Of a DNA stretch of 64,000 nucleotides, positions 59,155 to 64,000 are shown piece by piece. Source of the DNA: Myxococcales bacterium (GTDB lineage Bacteria > Myxococcota_A > Polyangia > Polyangiales > DASUME01); assembly GCA_047601445.1 (NCBI GenBank), contig JASGJH010000001.1, positions 4,064,001-4,128,000 of the forward strand. Direction: 5' to 3'. Made by a program: the position numbers and the translations under genes. The notes beneath the pieces are model-generated. The model was given only the letters and a program-made list of their open reading frames with translations, searched no databases and had not been told where the DNA came from. Numbering within the stretch: position 1 is the first letter of the stretch; each line of letters starts with the position of its first letter.

Positions 59155-60807
59155 ATGCGTGAACGGCACATGGCGTTCGTGACAGGACTGTTCTGGGGAG
59201 CGCTTGCTGCCTGCTCACCGCAGGGGTCGCCGACGAGTGGGTCTGGCAGCGAGCTCCCGAGGGACCCGGATTCCTTGGCCCCGGTCCCCGACGTCCCCAC
59301 CGTCGCTCCCCCAGCGACACCTTCCTCGGATGCGATGTGTACGGACAACGCGATCGGTGGCATCGCCTATCGGATCTGCAACGCTCCGCGCTCCTGGAGC
59401 CACGCGCGGGAGCGATGCGAAGCACAGGGCATGGTGTTGGCCCAACCTTCCAGCCCTGAATCGATGACGGCACTGGGCGCCGCTTTGAAACGGGCGTTCT
59501 GGCTGGGTGGTTCCGATCGCGCAAGCGAAGGCGAGTGGCGCTGGACCGACGGTACCGTCATCAGCCGCGCCCGCCGCTTCGGCAAGCCCTTCGTCAACCT
59601 TCCGGAATCGGCCTACTACTTCCAGAGCTTCGGGCAGCTAGAGGTGGACTTCGGGCGCAACTGCTTGCGCCTGGCGGAAGGCCGCGTGGACGCGCATGCC
59701 TGCCAGGAAGCCTTGCCCTTCGTGTGCCAGGAGCGTCCGACCGAATACGCCCCGCAGGAGAACGCGCGTGCGACTTGCACGAGCGACGACCTGGGCGGTC
59801 ATCATTATCTGATCTGTGGCGACGCGCGCACGTGGCAAGAGGCGGAGGCACACTGCAATCGCAACGACATGCACCTGGCGACGCTTCAAAGCGTGGATGA
59901 AGCCAAGTTCATCGCCGAGCGCATCCGCGCCGACAGCTTCATCGGCCTCGTCAACTCGACGCATCCGGACTTCAAGCCACAGTTCCCAGTGTTTCCGGAC
60001 AGCCTCGAGCGCGGCGTGTGGAGAAACCTCGACGACAATCGCATCGTCTGGTGTGGCAATGCGCAGGGCATGAGCACCCCGCTCAGCTACACGCGCTGGG
60101 CACAGAACGAGCCGAGCCGCGATGATCTGGCCTGCAGCGCCATGGCATCGGGCACGGGCCAGTGGCGCGCGGTCGCCTGCGGTCGTCCCCTTGCCTATGT
60201 GTGCGAGCAGATCGACGACGGCAAGCCCGACGCTTTTGCCACGCGGCCCGAGCTGATGATCGATTCCTCTCCCGAGCTGCGGCCGGGCACCCTCGTCACT
60301 TCACCCATGCTCTCGCTCGATCGCGCGTTCCATGTCCGCGCGTGTGTGGACCTCTACGAAGCAGCGAGCGTCCCGCAGACCCGTATCAAGGACGTCGAAG
60401 AGCGCTGGTACACGCAACGAGTCAACGGATACCTCGTTGCAGCAAGCGCAGGAACCTTCAGGCTGCGACGCGACCTCCGCACACGGGCGATACGTGCCAT
60501 TTGGGTGGCGTCCGAGAACAATTTCCGCATCCCCGAGCTCGCCAAGCCGAAGCTCTCCGAACGCCAAGCATTCATCAAACTGGGCGAGATCACCGGCGTC
60601 GCGCCGGAGCACATCTCCCTCCAGGCCGGCAGCGGGCTCAGGATTAATCGCAAGCCGCGCATCGTCGAGGAGGAGTACGAGCTCGTCTACGGCTTCCAAA
60701 TCATCGCCGACGCGCCCAAGCTGTCTCCTCTCACCACGCGCCACTACATTGCAGTGAACGCCAATACCGGCGAAATGTCGGGCTACGCCAACGACGTCTA
60801 CTACTGA
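59155..60807 (+). CDS. Lipoprotein with two C-type lectin-like domains and a PepSY-like C-terminus
   Basis: ALAAC, SWSHARERC...FWLGGSD...EGEWRW, TWQEAEAHC...WAQNEP...WRAVAC...YVCE, ends IAVNANTGE. Confidence 0.8.
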   Translation: MRERHMAFVTGLFWGALAACSPQGSPTSGSGSELPRDPDSLAPVPDVPTVAPPATPSSDAMCTDNAIGGIAYRICNAPRSWSHARERCEAQGMVLAQPSSPESMTALGAALKRAFWLGGSDRASEGEWRWTDGTVISRARRFGKPFVNLPESAYYFQSFGQLEVDFGRNCLRLAEGRVDAHACQEALPFVCQERPTEYAPQENARATCTSDDLGGHHYLICGDARTWQEAEAHCNRNDMHLATLQSVDEAKFIAERIRADSFIGLVNSTHPDFKPQFPVFPDSLERGVWRNLDDNRIVWCGNAQGMSTPLSYTRWAQNEPSRDDLACSAMASGTGQWRAVACGRPLAYVCEQIDDGKPDAFATRPELMIDSSPELRPGTLVTSPMLSLDRAFHVRACVDLYEAASVPQTRIKDVEERWYTQRVNGYLVAASAGTFRLRRDLRTRAIRAIWVASENNFRIPELAKPKLSERQAFIKLGEITGVAPEHISLQAGSGLRINRKPRIVEEEYELVYGFQIIADAPKLSPLTTRHYIAVNANTGEMSGYANDVYY

Positions 60808-60903
60808 GAGGCCGCCTCTTGGCCGACCCTGCCCGGTGCTTGACTTCTTACGTCGGCTCGAGTGCAGCCCAGACCCGCGAGCGGAACACTCGCTGGCCCT
60901 CTT

Positions 60904-62490
60904 TCAGCGCGGAAGAGTCACCTGGATCCACTGCGGATCGCTGGTTTCCGCGGTGTCGTTCGTGCCCAGGACCGCGTGATTGCCCTGTCCGCTGGCGTCG
61001 GCCGCAGTCTGGCCGGCCCCCTCCTCGAAGTTCCAGGCGCCCACCAGGGTCGATGCCGCACTCGGCGTGGCGCTGTGCATGTCCGCCCAGACTTGCTCGG
61101 CGGTGCGCACCGACGAGAACACGCGCACTTCGTCGATGGCTCCCTTCAAGAGCCCGTTGAGCGATTCATTGTCGGTGTCCGCGCCGATGTACAGCGGATG
61201 CGCGTCGTAGGCGATCGGCGAGGTGGCCTGGGCGCAGGATCGCAGCACACCGTCCACGTAGATGCGAGCTCGGCTGAGCGCGCTCTCGAAGGTCAAGGTC
61301 ACGTGATGCCAGGTCTGTGCATCCGCTGACCATGGCAGCGTGGGCGCGCCGCTCGTGCTCGCCAGGTTGGCTCCTGCGTACAGGGCGTCCGACTGAAACC
61401 AGATCGTGTACGAGTCGTCCGTGCCGGTCTGATAGGGCTTGCTGACCAAGGAAGCGTAGGAGCCGGGACTCACTCCCGAGAACAAGAACCAAGCTTCGAG
61501 GGTCACATCCGAGGGGCGCAGCGACTCGGCATCGCTCACGCTGGCGAACTGGCCTCCATGGAGGGCCAGGGCCGTGCTGGCGGTACCTTGCGACTGCGGC
61601 TGCACCGCATCGGGACTCACCGAGACGACGTCCATCTCGATGAACTGACCGTCGTAGGGCTGGGCAAGGCTGACACCGCCCACACTGACAGGCGCGTTGG
61701 GACCGCCGATATTGAGCAGCTCCGCGCCATCGATGGAGGCGGCGTAGAGCGTCACGGTCGCCCCCGCAGCGACGCGCACCGTCTCCTCGAAATCGAGAGC
61801 CAGCAGCGCCGGGTCCCCCGAAGTACCGCGATTCAGGTAGTAGGTTTGTGCCGGGGAGGAGATGTCGAGCCGATAGATGTTGCCCGTGTCGGAAGCGGGT
61901 GTGCCACCCACCTGCCAGGTGTCGTCGGCCGTGCTGCACCCATCCAGATAGGTCTTGGCTTCCACCACGCCGCGGAAGCGCAGGCGCACGTCGTACACGG
62001 TGCCGGGCGCGCCGCCGAGCGTTGCGGCCACGTTGACGTCCGGACCGTTCGCGCACGCTTCAGTGTTCTTGCTACCCGTGCAGGGCAGCTCCCACGCGAG
62101 GCCTGCCAAGCTGCCGGCAACGTCCAGGCAGCGGTGGTCTGCGCCACACAGGAACCCTTCGCCGCACCCGCTGGCCCCACAACACTCGCCCACCACGCAG
62201 CTGCCGCCGCAGCAGATTCCCTGGCCCCCCGCCTCTGCTGAACAGGTCGCGCCGTCCGCCGTGCAGAGCATGGGAGCACCGCTGTCCGTCTCGGTCGAGG
62301 CGTCCGTGCCTGGCATGTCCGCGTCGTGCTCGCCTGCGTCGGGGGTGGGCACGCGCGCGTCACCCATCGACTGGTTGCCCGAGTCCGCCAGGCTCGCGTC
62401 GGGCTGCGGCCCTTCGTCATACCCGTCTTCGCTGGAACCAGAGCAAGCGCTCAAAGCGATGCAGACCAACCAACAACCACGCCTACGCAT
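60904..62490 (-). CDS. Lipoprotein with C-terminal LamG/concanavalin-like domain
   Basis: ALSAC, TLEAW, WHHVTLTF...IYVDG...GAIDEVRVF, AWNFEEGAGQTAAD. Confidence 0.82.
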   Translation of the reverse strand: MRRRGCWLVCIALSACSGSSEDGYDEGPQPDASLADSGNQSMGDARVPTPDAGEHDADMPGTDASTETDSGAPMLCTADGATCSAEAGGQGICCGGSCVVGECCGASGCGEGFLCGADHRCLDVAGSLAGLAWELPCTGSKNTEACANGPDVNVAATLGGAPGTVYDVRLRFRGVVEAKTYLDGCSTADDTWQVGGTPASDTGNIYRLDISSPAQTYYLNRGTSGDPALLALDFEETVRVAAGATVTLYAASIDGAELLNIGGPNAPVSVGGVSLAQPYDGQFIEMDVVSVSPDAVQPQSQGTASTALALHGGQFASVSDAESLRPSDVTLEAWFLFSGVSPGSYASLVSKPYQTGTDDSYTIWFQSDALYAGANLASTSGAPTLPWSADAQTWHHVTLTFESALSRARIYVDGVLRSCAQATSPIAYDAHPLYIGADTDNESLNGLLKGAIDEVRVFSSVRTAEQVWADMHSATPSAASTLVGAWNFEEGAGQTAADASGQGNHAVLGTNDTAETSDPQWIQVTLPR

Positions 62491-62504
62491 GCGAGCCTCT
62501 CCCG

Positions 62505-62948
62505 GTGACGCGAGAGATCTTCGGGCTCTCTGCCCGCCGGTGCCATACGCAGTTCACCCGTCGGAATGGCCTCGAGTCGCGGGTCCCCGCGATATCGTGG
62601 GCATATGGATTCCGTGGAACTCAGGCTACGCTCGTTTCACAGGGCTGCAGCGGCCAACTCGCCGAAAACTGGAGCGTGCAGCTCGACGCGAGCCAGCAGC
62701 AAAAGCTGATGGCCTTGCTCCACGCCATGAAGACGACCAAAGGCCCGAGCTCCTGCACCACCGACGTACCGACCGATACCCTCACGGTCTTCGATCGCGC
62801 TGGCACCGCGCGGGTGTTCTTGAACTCCATCAACGCCGGGTGCGACACGAAGCCAGCGCCCGGCACCATGCTGGTCGACTACACCGGAGGCGCGCAATCA
62901 TTCGTCCCTCTGTTGCTCAGCCTCGGACCCACTCGCGACGGCGGCTAA
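62505..62948 (+). CDS. Hypothetical protein
   Basis: Plausible coding composition in the 3' half. Start uncertain. Confidence 0.4.
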   Translation: MTREIFGLSARRCHTQFTRRNGLESRVPAISWAYGFRGTQATLVSQGCSGQLAENWSVQLDASQQQKLMALLHAMKTTKGPSSCTTDVPTDTLTVFDRAGTARVFLNSINAGCDTKPAPGTMLVDYTGGAQSFVPLLLSLGPTRDGG

Positions 62949-62973
62949 GTCCTCGCTCTGTTGGGGAGACGCC

Positions 62974-64000
62974 CTAGCGAGGCAGACACGTCATGAGACT
63001 GATCAGGAGCGCTGCCAGCAGCGTGGCCAGCAACAGGGGCGCGGATAGGCGAAGGATACCGAAGGAACGCCTCGCCACCTCACGCAAAGTGGGCGCGTCC
63101 GGCTCGGTTCTGGGATGGTCGGCAGGGCGCCAAACCACGTCATGAAGTGAGTCGAGGGGCGGCCGGGGGGAGTTCACCGTCGAGCGCGACAAACTCACCG
63201 CCGGCTGCGGCAAGCTCACCGCTGGCTGAAGCAGGCTCACTGCCGGCTCGTCCGCGGGCGTGATCGCAGTGGTGGAGCGCAGGAAGCGCAAACCTTCGAG
63301 GGCCCGGCGCAGCTCCAGCACCGATGCGGTCCGTGCCTCGAGGTCGTGGGCCATCGCGCTCGCCACGCAGGCCGCAATGGAGGGAGGCAGGTCAGCACGC
63401 AGGCGCGCGAGCGGCGTCGGCCTCTCGAACAGGACTTGCTGAATCTCGGCGTGAAGCTCGCCTGCCTTGAAGGCGGGCTTTCCACTCAGCATCTCGTAGA
63501 GGATGATGCCCAGCGCATAGACATCGGCGCGAGCGTCCACGCCTGAAGCATTCTTGAGCTGCTCCGGCGCCATATAGCGCGTGGTCCCAACCAAGGTGCC
63601 AGGCTTGGTCTGCCCGTTGCCCTCCGCCAGCACGGATTTGGCGACCCCGAAGTCCAGCACCTTGATCCGCTCACTGCCGTCCGGTCCCTGACATAGGAAG
63701 AGATTCTCGGGCTTGAGGTCCCGATGCACGAGTCCGCGCGCGTGGGCGGCCTGAACTCCGTCGCAGCACTGCAGCATCAAGCTCAGGGCGCGCGGCAAGT
63801 CCAACGCCCCTTCGGCGCCTAGCAGGTTGCGCAGGGTTCGCCCATGGAGCAGCTCCATCACCAAGTACGGCGTGCCGCCGTCGTCGTCATAGTCGACGAT
63901 CGTCACCACATGATCGTTCACGATCGCGCCGGCGAGCTCGGCCTCGGCACGAAAGCGCTGCAAGGCCGGCCCCCTGGTGATCAAGTCCGGACTCATGAGC
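62974..64000 (-). CDS. Hanks-type Ser/Thr protein kinase, 5' end outside the window
   Basis: RFRAEA, YLVMELL, HRDLKPEN, KVLDFG, GTTRYMAPEQ, DVYALG, C-terminal TM. Gly loop and VAIK are not inside the window. Confidence 0.93.
   Translation of the reverse strand, partial: LMSPDLITRGPALQRFRAEAELAGAIVNDHVVTIVDYDDDGGTPYLVMELLHGRTLRNLLGAEGALDLPRALSLMLQCCDGVQAAHARGLVHRDLKPENLFLCQGPDGSERIKVLDFGVAKSVLAEGNGQTKPGTLVGTTRYMAPEQLKNASGVDARADVYALGIILYEMLSGKPAFKAGELHAEIQQVLFERPTPLARLRADLPPSIAACVASAMAHDLEARTASVLELRRALEGLRFLRSTTAITPADEPAVSLLQPAVSLPQPAVSLSRSTVNSPRPPLDSLHDVVWRPADHPRTEPDAPTLREVARRSFGILRLSAPLLLATLLAALLISLMTCLPR

Noticed and set aside
63186..63250. 21-bp repeat in the kinase gene (PAVSLLQ PAVSLPQ PAVSLSR)
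   Set aside because: Ordinary low-complexity linker expansion within a coding region.

Overview
High-GC, gene-dense bacterial DNA that looks myxobacterial (Polyangia-like): many Cys-rich lipoproteins, ECF sigma/anti-sigma cassettes, a Ser/Thr kinase and an AgmX/TonB-like protein. The taxon is inferred from gene content only. I recognised no rRNA, tRNA, CRISPR array, integrase or transposase. The main feature is a roughly 10 kb candidate RiPP island (about 34.87-44.82 kb) bracketed by a 37-bp direct repeat (34/37 identical). Its + strand operon begins with a 7-codon ORF missed by the ORF track (MKYDHVG, 35157-35180), which has a strong RBS and the biarylitide-type MxYxH motif. Next come a 58-aa double-glycine-leader peptide with a Pro-rich core, a 16-bp hairpin, a biarylitide-like cytochrome P450, an amidinotransferase and a PGM1-type ATP-grasp peptide ligase. 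The convergent - strand operon encodes a SAM methyltransferase, a proline iminopeptidase, and a SelO/MchC-like domain read in frame into a second ATP-grasp enzyme. I do not know this combination from any characterised pathway. Other points of interest: a pectinacetylesterase-like/PETase-like double-esterase lipoprotein, a lipoprotein with seven LDL-receptor class A repeats, a Cx7Cx9Cx7C repeat lipoprotein, a frameshifted FecR-TPR anti-sigma gene, a Cys-type sulfatase/FGE pair and an HscC/J-domain pair. All family assignments come from motifs recognised by eye; no database searches were run.
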